A DNA stretch of 64,000 nucleotides from Candidatus Gottesmanbacteria bacterium (GTDB taxonomy: Bacteria > Patescibacteriota > Microgenomatia > UBA10105 > UBA927). The DNA lies in contig JAUXTO010000042.1 of the NCBI GenBank assembly GCA_030679255.1, forward strand, positions 44,714 to 108,713, in the 5' to 3' direction. Below the pieces are notes generated by a model, which was not told the DNA's origin, did not search any database, and saw nothing but the letters and a program-made list of their open reading frames with translations. The translations under genes were made by a program, and so were the position numbers. Shown here in pieces: positions 32,114 through 40,483 of the stretch (its first letter is position 1; every line of letters begins with the position of its first letter).

Positions 32114-32136
32114 CTCTTCCCGAAGATTCCGTACAA

Positions 32137-32601
32137 TTACACCCCCCGGGGGTGTGGGTTCACGCTATACGATTCATCCGCATGTACCTTTTTTGCCTCT
32201 TCTTTAGTATACGGCGAGAAAAAGACTATAATCACGCCGTCGGGATCGCGGACGACAAATTCCAATTTCCCCCAATGGTAATGCCGGACTCCAACGACCG
32301 GCTCGATTCCGGCTTTTTTGCATATCGCCAACATTTCGGATATTGAATCGACCTGAATGAAAAGGGAAATTTTTGAGGAATTCACCGTTTCCTGAAATAC
32401 ATGCGGTTTCACGCCACGGTGTCCGTCTGCAATTTCGAGGATGGTGTTACCATATTGGAAATCAGCACCGCTATATTGTTCTTTTACTTCCTGATCCGGA
32501 CCAAACGAACTGACTTTCTTAAATCCCAATGATTCATAGAATGCAAGCGATTGCTGAAAATTTTTGACTTTAATATGGATGTTGATCGATGAAATTGCCA
32601 T
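32137..32601 (-). CDS. glyoxalase/bleomycin-resistance (VOC) family protein
   Basis: 154 aa; paired beta-alpha-beta-beta-beta module pattern (SLAFYESLGF ... LEFVVRDPDG). Confidence 0.65.
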   Translation of the reverse strand: MAISSINIHIKVKNFQQSLAFYESLGFKKVSSFGPDQEVKEQYSGADFQYGNTILEIADGHRGVKPHVFQETVNSSKISLFIQVDSISEMLAICKKAGIEPVVGVRHYHWGKLEFVVRDPDGVIIVFFSPYTKEEAKKVHADESYSVNPHPRGV

Positions 32602-32722
32602 ACATTTAGTGTTTACGTCAGATTCATTGTACCATTTGGCCCGAAGGAATCAATGTATTTTGCCCCCTGATATATATTTCCAAAGTGTGGTATAGTACGG
32701 GTACTGAAAGGAGACAAAAACT

Positions 32723-32920
32723 ATGCAAGGTACAGTCAAAACAAAGACCGATAGAGGATTTGGTTTTATTACCCGCGAAGGCGAAGTAAAAGACCTTTTC
32801 TTTCATTCTAAGGACTTGGTTGGTGTGACCTATGACGAGCTTCAAGTTGGAGACGTCGTAACATTTACCGTTGAAGATGGTCCAAAAGGCCAAAGTGCGA
32901 AGAATGTAAAGAAAGTATAA
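32723..32920 (+). CDS. cspA: cold-shock protein
   Basis: MQGTVKTKTDRGFGFITREGEVKDLFFH cold-shock domain. Confidence 0.85.
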   Translation: MQGTVKTKTDRGFGFITREGEVKDLFFHSKDLVGVTYDELQVGDVVTFTVEDGPKGQSAKNVKKV

Positions 32921-32944
32921 CTTTTTTTGATTCAAAAACACATA

Positions 32945-32976
32945 AAAAGTTCCCCGCTTCGCGGGGGACTTTTTTT
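32945..32976. terminator. bidirectional rho-independent terminator between cspA and tdk
   Basis: aaaagtccccgc-ttc-gcgggggactttttt with A-run/T-run on both sides. Confidence 0.6.
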
Positions 32977-33559
32977 ATGCATCCCAACACGCCCTGCAGC
33001 GGGCTTCAAAGACGGCGTCGTCAAGTTTGGCGACGAATGCAGGATCCGGCTCGAGAGCATTGGCTTTGGTTTTTACGATTCCTACACGTTTGTGATACAC
33101 GGCATCAGATCCGCAAAGCATGCAGATGGCCGAGAGTTTGGTGACTTTATCTGCCATCGCCATGAGCGCCGGCACGGGGGTAAACGGCTGGCGGTCGAAG
33201 GTGAGCGCTAGTCCGGTGACGATCACCTGTTTGCCCTGCGAGAGGAGCGTTTCTACAACAGCGATTAATCCCTCGCCCATGTGTTGGGCCTCATCGATGC
33301 CGACGATATCCGTATCCTTAGTCACCAACGTAAGGATGTCTTTGGCAGATTTGATCATTTCACTGTCAAACGTCAGCCCCGCATGAGAGTAGAGCTTTTT
33401 TGCGCGACCGTAGCGTATATCGATATCCGGCTTGAACACCTGTACTTTTTTCTTGCCTATGGTCGCCCGTTTGACCTGGCGGATGAGCTCCTCAGTCTTG
33501 CCGCAATACATGGGTCCGGCGATGACTTCCAAATAACCGAGTTTAGTTTTCATGTTCAT
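32975..33559 (-). CDS. tdk: thymidine kinase
   Basis: GPMYCGKTEELIRQ P-loop, IVGIDEAQ, C-terminal Zn cysteines. Confidence 0.85.
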   Translation of the reverse strand: MNMKTKLGYLEVIAGPMYCGKTEELIRQVKRATIGKKKVQVFKPDIDIRYGRAKKLYSHAGLTFDSEMIKSAKDILTLVTKDTDIVGIDEAQHMGEGLIAVVETLLSQGKQVIVTGLALTFDRQPFTPVPALMAMADKVTKLSAICMLCGSDAVYHKRVGIVKTKANALEPDPAFVAKLDDAVFEARCRACWDA

Positions 33560-33602
33560 ATTCTACGCCCCCATTTTTCATAAATGAAGAAGGAAAAAGC
33601 CT

Positions 33603-33636
33603 ATCACAAAATTATGCACGTGCATAATTTTGTGAT
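33603..33636. promoter_or_regulatory. 34-bp perfect palindrome (candidate operator) in tdk/orf84 divergent region
   Basis: ATCACAAAATTATGCAC|GTGCATAATTTTGTGAT, 44 nt upstream of tdk start. Confidence 0.5.
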
Positions 33637-33823
33637 GATATGGTTTGATGGGATTGACGCGACAGGCATTCGGGTATATTTTTAATAGTGATAGATTAAT
33701 TTAGATACGAAAGGTTCATATGCCAGGTAGTAGATTTTCGATATTTTTCGATATGAAAAATGTTAATTTTGTTAAAAATACCTTACTAACAATACAAAAC
33801 ATAGTTATCTGAGTTTATGCATC

Positions 33824-33843
33824 ATTGCATAAATCGAAAATTC
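33824..33843. promoter_or_regulatory. second palindrome sharing TTATGCA half-site
   Basis: TTTATGCA-tcat-TGCATAAA 11 nt upstream of orf at 33854. Confidence 0.4.
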
Positions 33844-33853
33844 ACTACCTGGT

Positions 33854-34108
33854 ATGGCGGAAACTATCGATGAACAGGTTTCGGTAAATTTATTATTTAA
33901 CCATATTAAGCGGTCGGCTGCTCCGACGTCTCTTTACTGGCGGGGGCGGCGGTATACGATCACGAGCGTCGGACTGCATCACACCACGCGGGAAGGGCGG
34001 ACGCTCCTCCATATTTTTTCCGTAACGGACGGAACAACGGCTTTTAAGCTGGAGCTTAATTCAGAAACGCTTGGGTGGAGGCTATTGGAGATAGACGCTC
34101 AAGCATAA
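33854..34108 (+). CDS. hypothetical protein upstream of Y-family polymerase
   Basis: 84-aa ORF co-oriented with downstream polymerase. Confidence 0.4.
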   Translation: MAETIDEQVSVNLLFNHIKRSAAPTSLYWRGRRYTITSVGLHHTTREGRTLLHIFSVTDGTTAFKLELNSETLGWRLLEIDAQA

Positions 34109-34244
34109 GCACCAAATTCCAATATTCAAGCATCAAATAAATCACAAGCATCAAATGAAAATAAACAAGAAGTAATTCGTGTTGTTTATATATTAGTACT
34201 TGTGTTCGTTTGTTTGGTGCTTGGCACTTGATGCTTGGAATTTC
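34105..34244. repeat. dispersed imperfect-palindromic intergenic repeat, copy A
   Basis: words CCAAATTCCAA / CAAGCATCAA / TTGGTGCTTGGCACTTGATGCTTGGAATTT shared with copies at 39650 and 47818; ends at start codon. Confidence 0.5.
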
Positions 34245-35594
34245 ATGAATACATTTAGTCTTTTCCCTCCTACTATCATGCACGTCGATCTCAATTCGTG
34301 TTTTGCCAGTGTGGAGCAGCAGGCAAACCCGTTACTTCGGGGAAAACCAATTGTCGTAGCCGCCTACACGACCGACAGAGGGTGTATTTTAGCAGCGTCT
34401 GTAGAAGCCAAACGCCTGGGCATCAAAACCGGCATGCGGGTGGGGGAAGGGAAAGCATTGTACCCGCGTCTCGTCGTCCTTGCACCGGATCCGGAAAAGT
34501 ACCGGTGGGTCAATAGGAAGCTCTTCGCGCTTCTTTCCTCCTACACGCCGCATATTTCGGTCGAATCCATTGATGAGATGGTGATGGATTTACGCGACAC
34601 TCCAGCGTTAGAGCGTCACATCAAAGGATTGACAGGGTCTCGCCCTGTCAATAAACAGGGCGAGACCCCTACAAGCCAACACATTGACGCTATGATTTGT
34701 ATTGGTAAAAATATCAAGAAGCGCATCAAGGATGAGATTGGCGAGTGGCTCACGGTCTCGATCGGCATTGCGCCCAATCGATATCTGGCCAAAGTCGCCT
34801 CAGGGCTCCATAAGCCCAATGGACTGGATATCATCACCCAAGAAAACATTGAGGAGATCTTTACCGGACTTCGGCTTGAGGATTTATGCGGTATCAAGGA
34901 AGGCAACGCAGGGAGACTTCGGATGGCCGGCATCAATACGCCGGTTGAGTTTACCCGCGCTTCGGCAGCAGCACTGGTTGCCGCACTTCACAGTAAAACA
35001 GGTTTGAGTTGGTGGCAGCGGCTCCATGGGTATGAAGATGGGGTCATGTATAAAAATTTTAATCAATCAGAAGATATTCAGAAAACTTTCGGGCAATCAT
35101 TTGCTCTGGGTACCCCGCGCGTGCCGAGCGATCCACAGACAGCAAAAATTATGGCTCAGCTCATCGTCAAGATGGGCCGGCGGCTTCGCGGTGCGGGCTT
35201 TGTGGCTCAGGCGTTGAGCGTGTCATTTTTATTTTCCGATTATTCTCATTGGGTGAAGAATATACGGACAACGGAGCCTCTGTTTGCCGATAGTGATTTT
35301 TTAGCGCATGCCGGTAAACTTTTAGTGATGGCGCCACATAAACCCGTGAGAATTCTTGCCGTGACCAGCTTTCATTTGAGCGCGCGCGGATCGGGGCAAA
35401 TAGGACTATGGAATACCGATGAGACGAAATGGAAAATTACTGATGCTCTGGATGCCATTGCCAATCGGTGGGGTGAGTTTGCGGTTACGCCGGGCCGCAT
35501 GTTGGGGATGGAACCCGCTTCGACTCGCGAGTCAGGGCGAGTTCAGCGAGGCGAGCAGAAGGTGCAGGACAGGATAGCGTTCGGGAAAGTATAA
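34245..35594 (+). CDS. Y-family DNA polymerase (DinB/UmuC-like); start trimmed to MNTFSL
   Basis: MHVDLNSCFASVEQ...GKPIVVA...catalytic palm motifs of Y-family polymerases. Confidence 0.8.
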   Translation: MNTFSLFPPTIMHVDLNSCFASVEQQANPLLRGKPIVVAAYTTDRGCILAASVEAKRLGIKTGMRVGEGKALYPRLVVLAPDPEKYRWVNRKLFALLSSYTPHISVESIDEMVMDLRDTPALERHIKGLTGSRPVNKQGETPTSQHIDAMICIGKNIKKRIKDEIGEWLTVSIGIAPNRYLAKVASGLHKPNGLDIITQENIEEIFTGLRLEDLCGIKEGNAGRLRMAGINTPVEFTRASAAALVAALHSKTGLSWWQRLHGYEDGVMYKNFNQSEDIQKTFGQSFALGTPRVPSDPQTAKIMAQLIVKMGRRLRGAGFVAQALSVSFLFSDYSHWVKNIRTTEPLFADSDFLAHAGKLLVMAPHKPVRILAVTSFHLSARGSGQIGLWNTDETKWKITDALDAIANRWGEFAVTPGRMLGMEPASTRESGRVQRGEQKVQDRIAFGKV

Positions 35595-35689
35595 AAATTA
35601 TAAAAATTTAGTTCTTGACGAATGAATACTCGGTAGGGTAGTGTAGAGATACAATTTAATATATCCAGAGTGACGGGCTAAACGGAGAA

Positions 35690-35830
35690 CTCACTTCATA
35701 GCCGTCCAGCAACCGACCCCGAGCTTGTCGAAGGTCACGGTGCTCCCATGAGCCCCCGCAATAGGCGGGGAATGATAGGCCCCATAGGGAAACAAAAAAC
35801 TCTCCTTAGGGAGAGTTTTTTCGTATTGAA
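35690..35830 (+). promoter_or_regulatory. structured GC-rich leader with intrinsic terminator (35794-35821) upstream of metK; riboswitch-like, class not assignable
   Basis: stems GACGGGCTA/TAGCCGTC and CCCCGC-aatag-GCGGGG; terminator AACTCTCC-ttag-GGAGAGTT+T6 ending 35 nt before metK ATG. Confidence 0.4.
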
Positions 35831-35855
35831 ATGTGTTTTTTATGAAAGGAGTACT

Positions 35856-36959
35856 ATGAAAACTTTTTTTACCTCTGAGTCGGTGGCTTCGGGCCATCCT
35901 GATAAAATTTGTGATCAGATATCCGATGCGATTGTAGACGCAGCGATAACCGTTGATCCCCAGTCACGCGTCGCGGTAGAAACGCTCGTGACCACCAATC
36001 GGATTGTTTTAGCGGGAGAAGTCACCTGTTCCAAGCGGTTGCCGTATGAATCGATTGCTCGTCGCGTCATCCATTCACTTGGGTACACTACTGGTATCTA
36101 TAATTTTTCGCATCATTCGCCGATGTCTATCTATATCCATGAGCAATCTCCGGATATTGCCCAAGGGGTTGACACCGGCGGCGCGGGTGATCAGGGCATG
36201 ATGTTTGGCTATGCATGCCGGGAAACGCCGGAGCTTATGCCGCTGCCTATTATCCTCGCTCATCGACTCGTTGAACGTATGGACGAGGCGCGTGAAAATA
36301 AGACCTTGGCGTTTTTGCGTCCTGATGGAAAAAGTGAAGTAAAAGTTGCCTATGAAAAAGGTAAACCTATTAGCGTCGAGCATGTGGTGTTAGCCGTCCC
36401 GCACGATCCCAAAGTGACAAACGAGGAGGTTAAGGGCATGTTGATCGCTCAGGTGATCAAGCCCGTGATGAAACAATATGGACTGGCGATGCTGAAGGAA
36501 AAAGATGTCATCGTCAATGGCACCGGTAAGTGGGAAATAGGCGGTCCGGCTTCCGATACCGGAGTCACGGGAAGGAAAATAATTGTTGATACATACGGGG
36601 CCTATGCGCGCCACGGTGGTGGATGTTTTTCCGGGAAAGATCCGACGAAGGTTGACCGGAGCGCGGCGTACGCGTGCCGGTACATCGCCAAAAATGTCGT
36701 TGCGGCGGGCCTTTCTGACCGCGCGGAAGTGCGGGTGGCATACGTGATCGGGCATCGGGAACCGATCGCCAAATCCGTCGAATGCTTTGGGACAGAGAAA
36801 AAATCCATCAAGGCTGTGGAGCAATTTGCCTGGAAGCTTTTGGATTTGTCCGTTCCCGGAATCCTAGAAGGACTATCTCTGCGGCAGCCGATTTACCAGA
36901 AGACCGCCCGCTACGGCCATTTCGGACGGGATGGATTTCCATGGGAAGTAGTACTGTAG
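35856..36959 (+). CDS. metK: S-adenosylmethionine synthetase
   Basis: FTSESVASGHPDKICDQISDAIVDA and GGGAFSGKDPTKVDRS motifs; start trimmed to MKTFFTSE. Confidence 0.9.
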   Translation: MKTFFTSESVASGHPDKICDQISDAIVDAAITVDPQSRVAVETLVTTNRIVLAGEVTCSKRLPYESIARRVIHSLGYTTGIYNFSHHSPMSIYIHEQSPDIAQGVDTGGAGDQGMMFGYACRETPELMPLPIILAHRLVERMDEARENKTLAFLRPDGKSEVKVAYEKGKPISVEHVVLAVPHDPKVTNEEVKGMLIAQVIKPVMKQYGLAMLKEKDVIVNGTGKWEIGGPASDTGVTGRKIIVDTYGAYARHGGGCFSGKDPTKVDRSAAYACRYIAKNVVAAGLSDRAEVRVAYVIGHREPIAKSVECFGTEKKSIKAVEQFAWKLLDLSVPGILEGLSLRQPIYQKTARYGHFGRDGFPWEVVL

Positions 36960-37049
36960 GAAAAAAGTATAATACTACATAGTACTGTACTTTTGCATAA
37001 TCAGCAGTAAGCTGGAGTTATTGCGCGGCATTCTATACAATAGCAATCA

Positions 37050-38306
37050 ATGACTGATTATCGGCCATTGGCAGAGATTTTGCGGCCCAAAACTCTCGAT
37101 GAGGTCGTTGGGCAGGATCATTTAGTGGGAGCGTCTGGAATCATCCGGAAAATGTTGGGGAGCACCTTCCTCCCTTCCATGATTTTCTGGGGGCCGCCGG
37201 GTTCGGGAAAAACGAGTCTTGCATTTCTTTTGGCAACATTGTCCAACGCACATTTTGTCGCCAAATCCGCGGTAACGTCTTCTCTTGCCGAAGTCCGTAC
37301 CATTGTCAAAGAAGCTCAAGCGCTTTTGGATTCATCGGGACAGAGGACGGTTTTTTTCCTCGACGAGATTCACCGGTTTAACAAGGCACAACAGGATGCG
37401 CTTCTTCCCCACGTCGAACATGGCACGGTCATCTTCATCGGGGCAACGACCGAGAACCCTTCGTTTGAAGTCATATCGCCTCTCCTTTCGCGTTGCCGCG
37501 TCCTCGTTCTCAAGCCTCTTGAAGACAAGGATTTAAACGCGATTATAGATCGGGGGTTGTCATACCTGAAAAGAAAATTAGATGATGATGCCCGCACGTT
37601 CCTTAAGGAAGTTGCCAATGGTGACGGGCGAGCATTATTAACCATTTTAGAAATTTCAGCCCGTTTGACTGATTCAAAAATTACCCGAAATAAGTCAGGC
37701 ACGATACCGGCCCGCCTGCCGGCGAGGCAGGGAATCAAACGATCAAACAGTATCAGTGCTTCGGATATCGAGGAGGCGGCACAGAAGAAGATGTTGCAAT
37801 ATGATCAGACTGGCGAGGAACACTACAACACGATCAGCGCGTTTATCAAATCCATGCGGGCAAGCGATATAGACGCGGCACTTTATTACTTGGCGCGTAT
37901 GGTCGCAGCCGGCGAGGATCCGCTTTTTATTGCCCGCCGCATGGTGATATTTGCTTCCGAAGATATTGGACTAGCTCAACCTACCGCCTTGGTCGTTGCC
38001 AACGCAGTCTTTGACGGCTGTCATAAGGTCGGCTATCCGGAGGCGCAGATACTGCTCGCCCACGGCGTGAGTTACTTGGCTCAGGCCAAGAAGGACCGGA
38101 GCGCCTACGACGCTTTTTTTGCCGCTCTTAGTGATGTCAAACAATTCGGCAATCTTCCGATTCCGCTCATGATCCGCAACGCACCCACGAAACTTATGAA
38201 AGATTTGAATTATGGGAAGGGATATCAAAAGTATACGACAGAAAGCTTGCTACCGGAGAAACTGAAAGGAAAAAAGTATTACAATAGGACTGGGTCGTCC
38301 GCCTGA
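37050..38306 (+). CDS. rarA: replication-associated recombination protein A (AAA ATPase)
   Basis: GPPGSGKTSLA Walker A, DEIHRFNKAQQDALL. Confidence 0.85.
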   Translation: MTDYRPLAEILRPKTLDEVVGQDHLVGASGIIRKMLGSTFLPSMIFWGPPGSGKTSLAFLLATLSNAHFVAKSAVTSSLAEVRTIVKEAQALLDSSGQRTVFFLDEIHRFNKAQQDALLPHVEHGTVIFIGATTENPSFEVISPLLSRCRVLVLKPLEDKDLNAIIDRGLSYLKRKLDDDARTFLKEVANGDGRALLTILEISARLTDSKITRNKSGTIPARLPARQGIKRSNSISASDIEEAAQKKMLQYDQTGEEHYNTISAFIKSMRASDIDAALYYLARMVAAGEDPLFIARRMVIFASEDIGLAQPTALVVANAVFDGCHKVGYPEAQILLAHGVSYLAQAKKDRSAYDAFFAALSDVKQFGNLPIPLMIRNAPTKLMKDLNYGKGYQKYTTESLLPEKLKGKKYYNRTGSSA

Positions 38307-38426
38307 CCTTACTTCTCGCCTTTTCAATTCTATTCGAATACGGCTCGAAGAGCGGTCTTAGGCGGATGTAAGAAACACTAAGCCTCGAAATCTCGGCAAG
38401 TGTTTCTAACAGGAGGTGAATGAGCT

Positions 38427-38681
38427 ATGGATATTCAAATCGGGAAAGTGACACATTATTATGACAAAATATTTGTCGCAGTGATTACGGTCATGAACCA
38501 GCCGCTTAAAGTCGGCGATACCGTGAAAGTATCGGGGCATGATAATGAGTTTACCCAGAAGATTACGTCCCTGCAGATAGAACACGATCAGGTACCAAGT
38601 GTCGCCGTTGGGGAGACCTGCGGCATGAAAGTAGACCAACCGGTCAAGGCTGGGGACGTGTTATACTTGATGGGTTCATGA
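38427..38681 (+). CDS. hypothetical small beta-barrel protein
   Basis: 84-aa ORF with RBS aggagg. Confidence 0.35.
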   Translation: MDIQIGKVTHYYDKIFVAVITVMNQPLKVGDTVKVSGHDNEFTQKITSLQIEHDQVPSVAVGETCGMKVDQPVKAGDVLYLMGS

Positions 38682-39151
38682 AAATAGCATTATCAGCCGG
38701 CGGGGTCATCATATGCTCTGATCATAATGAATGGTATGTCCTTATGTTAAAGGACATGAATGGCGCCTGGACGTTTCCGAAAGGGATGATCGAAATTGGG
38801 GAAACGCCTCAAGAGGCAGCAGTACGGGAAATTCATGAAGAAACCGGTATTTCCGGTATTACATTGCTTCATCCGCTTCCTCCTATACACTATTTTTATA
38901 AGCGTAACGGGACGGTCAAAAAAATGGTACACTATTTTATTTTTCAGTCGAAAACCCGCGTCATCCCTCACGTACAGAAAGAAGAAGGAATTCAGGAAGC
39001 CAAGTGGGTGGGTATTGAAGACGCGATTGCTACCATTGGCTACCGGGAAACAAATGTGCAGTTGTTAGAAGAGACGAGAAAGAAGATTACGACAATGGAC
39101 AATAAACAGAAAACAGGAAGCAGTAAAGAGGAAAAACTAAATAACAGATAA
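38678..39151 (+). CDS. NUDIX hydrolase
   Basis: GMIEIGETPQEAAVREIHEETGI Nudix box. Confidence 0.75.
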   Translation: MKIALSAGGVIICSDHNEWYVLMLKDMNGAWTFPKGMIEIGETPQEAAVREIHEETGISGITLLHPLPPIHYFYKRNGTVKKMVHYFIFQSKTRVIPHVQKEEGIQEAKWVGIEDAIATIGYRETNVQLLEETRKKITTMDNKQKTGSSKEEKLNNR

Positions 39152-39173
39152 TGATAATTGAGAATATATTTCT

Positions 39174-39653
39174 ATGGAAGTAGAAAATGCCCCCGATGTC
39201 ACCAAAATTATGCGTCAGATTCTCAAGCGGACACCGTTTGAGCATGTGAAAGCAGATCAGATAACCTGTATGCGCAGTACCGGTGCCACAAGCCGGGCCT
39301 ACGCACGCATATGGAGTTTTCCCAAAATTTGGCAGAAAGCACTCGCGCACCCTCCTCATTACATCATTGAAGTTCTTGCGCATCACTTTGACAAACTCAG
39401 GGATGACGATAAAATCCGCACGATCATCCATGAGCTCATGCACATTCCGAAGAATTTTTCCGGAGCATTGGTTCCCCATCATGGGAGATACCATCGGATA
39501 GACAGAAGGACGGTAGAGAAATTGTTTCAAGTGTACGGTGTAAATTCTCAGCCAAAGGCTGATCAGCCTTTGGCTGACAAATCACAAGCTTCAAGCACCA
39601 AGCAAACGACGAAAACACCAATAAATAAAATCCGAAACTTTCTTAATTTGTAA
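39174..39653 (+). CDS. putative zinc metallopeptidase (HExxH)
   Basis: 159 aa; IIHELMH motif. Confidence 0.45.
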   Translation: MEVENAPDVTKIMRQILKRTPFEHVKADQITCMRSTGATSRAYARIWSFPKIWQKALAHPPHYIIEVLAHHFDKLRDDDKIRTIIHELMHIPKNFSGALVPHHGRYHRIDRRTVEKLFQVYGVNSQPKADQPLADKSQASSTKQTTKTPINKIRNFLNL

Positions 39654-39702
39654 TTCGTTTAGAATTTGTTTGGAATTTGGTACTTGTTGCTTGGAATTTA
39701 TG
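39650..39702. repeat. dispersed intergenic repeat, copy B (right-arm only)
   Basis: GTAATTCGTTTAGAATTTGTTTGGAATTTGGTACTTGTTGCTTGGAATTT ending at holA ATG. Confidence 0.45.
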
Positions 39703-40395
39703 TTGATTTTATTACATGGTGATCATATCGTCGCTTCCCGCGCTGCACTGACCGAGCGTATTGACGAGGCTAAAAAGCAGGGGAAGGAAATCCGTCAGCT
39801 TGACGGCAACGCTGTCGATGCGCCGTCTCTGACCCAAGCGCTTGAATCCTCGTCTCTATTTGGGGGAATCGTACTCGTCGTCATCGAAGGATTACTCACG
39901 AAACTGGGAAAAAAAGAGAAGCAGGCGGTACAACTTACTGATATCATCAAGCGGTCGGGAGAATCCGGAGATATTATTCTCTGGGAAGGAAAAGAGATTG
40001 GCAAAATCCTTACGGGATTACTGGGAACAAAGACTTCCATCCAATTATTTAAAACTCCGGTCGTTATATTTAAATTCCTGGACGGTGTTGCTCCGGGTCG
40101 GGCACCCGGGCTATTATCGCTCTTCGGTGAAGCGCTCGCGGTAGACGCTCCCGAGCTTATTTTTACCTTGCTCGTCCGACGCGTACGGCAACTTATCCAA
40201 TTACGGGATAATGTGACGCCGGATGGACTCCAGGGGTGGCAGGCTGGGCGTTTGACAAGCCAAGCCAAGTCCTTTACCATGGATAAACTTCTCTCTATGG
40301 AGAAAAATCTTCTTGATATTGATGTCTCCATCAAAACCGGCACCTCGCCGTTTCCCCTCGCACAACAACTCGAATTATTTATTGTCGACCTTTAA
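39700..40395 (+). CDS. holA: DNA polymerase III delta subunit-like; start trimmed to MLILLHGD
   Basis: N-terminal LLHGD..., size and delta-subunit-like helical layout. Confidence 0.55.
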   Translation: MLILLHGDHIVASRAALTERIDEAKKQGKEIRQLDGNAVDAPSLTQALESSSLFGGIVLVVIEGLLTKLGKKEKQAVQLTDIIKRSGESGDIILWEGKEIGKILTGLLGTKTSIQLFKTPVVIFKFLDGVAPGRAPGLLSLFGEALAVDAPELIFTLLVRRVRQLIQLRDNVTPDGLQGWQAGRLTSQAKSFTMDKLLSMEKNLLDIDVSIKTGTSPFPLAQQLELFIVDL

Positions 40396-40483
40396 GTTAG
40401 ATTGGATTTTTCAAGAGATGTATGTTGCAAGATGCGGTCGCATCTAATTATATACAGGCCTATACTGTAAAAGGAGGAAAAAT

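Noticed and set aside
35690-35830. Calling the metK leader a canonical SAM-I riboswitch
   Set aside because: SAM-I core elements (GAGGGA kink-turn, GGCCCGAUGA...CCCGGCAACC, GGUGC..AAUUCC) are not present in the expected order. Only a generic riboswitch-like leader plus terminator is supported.
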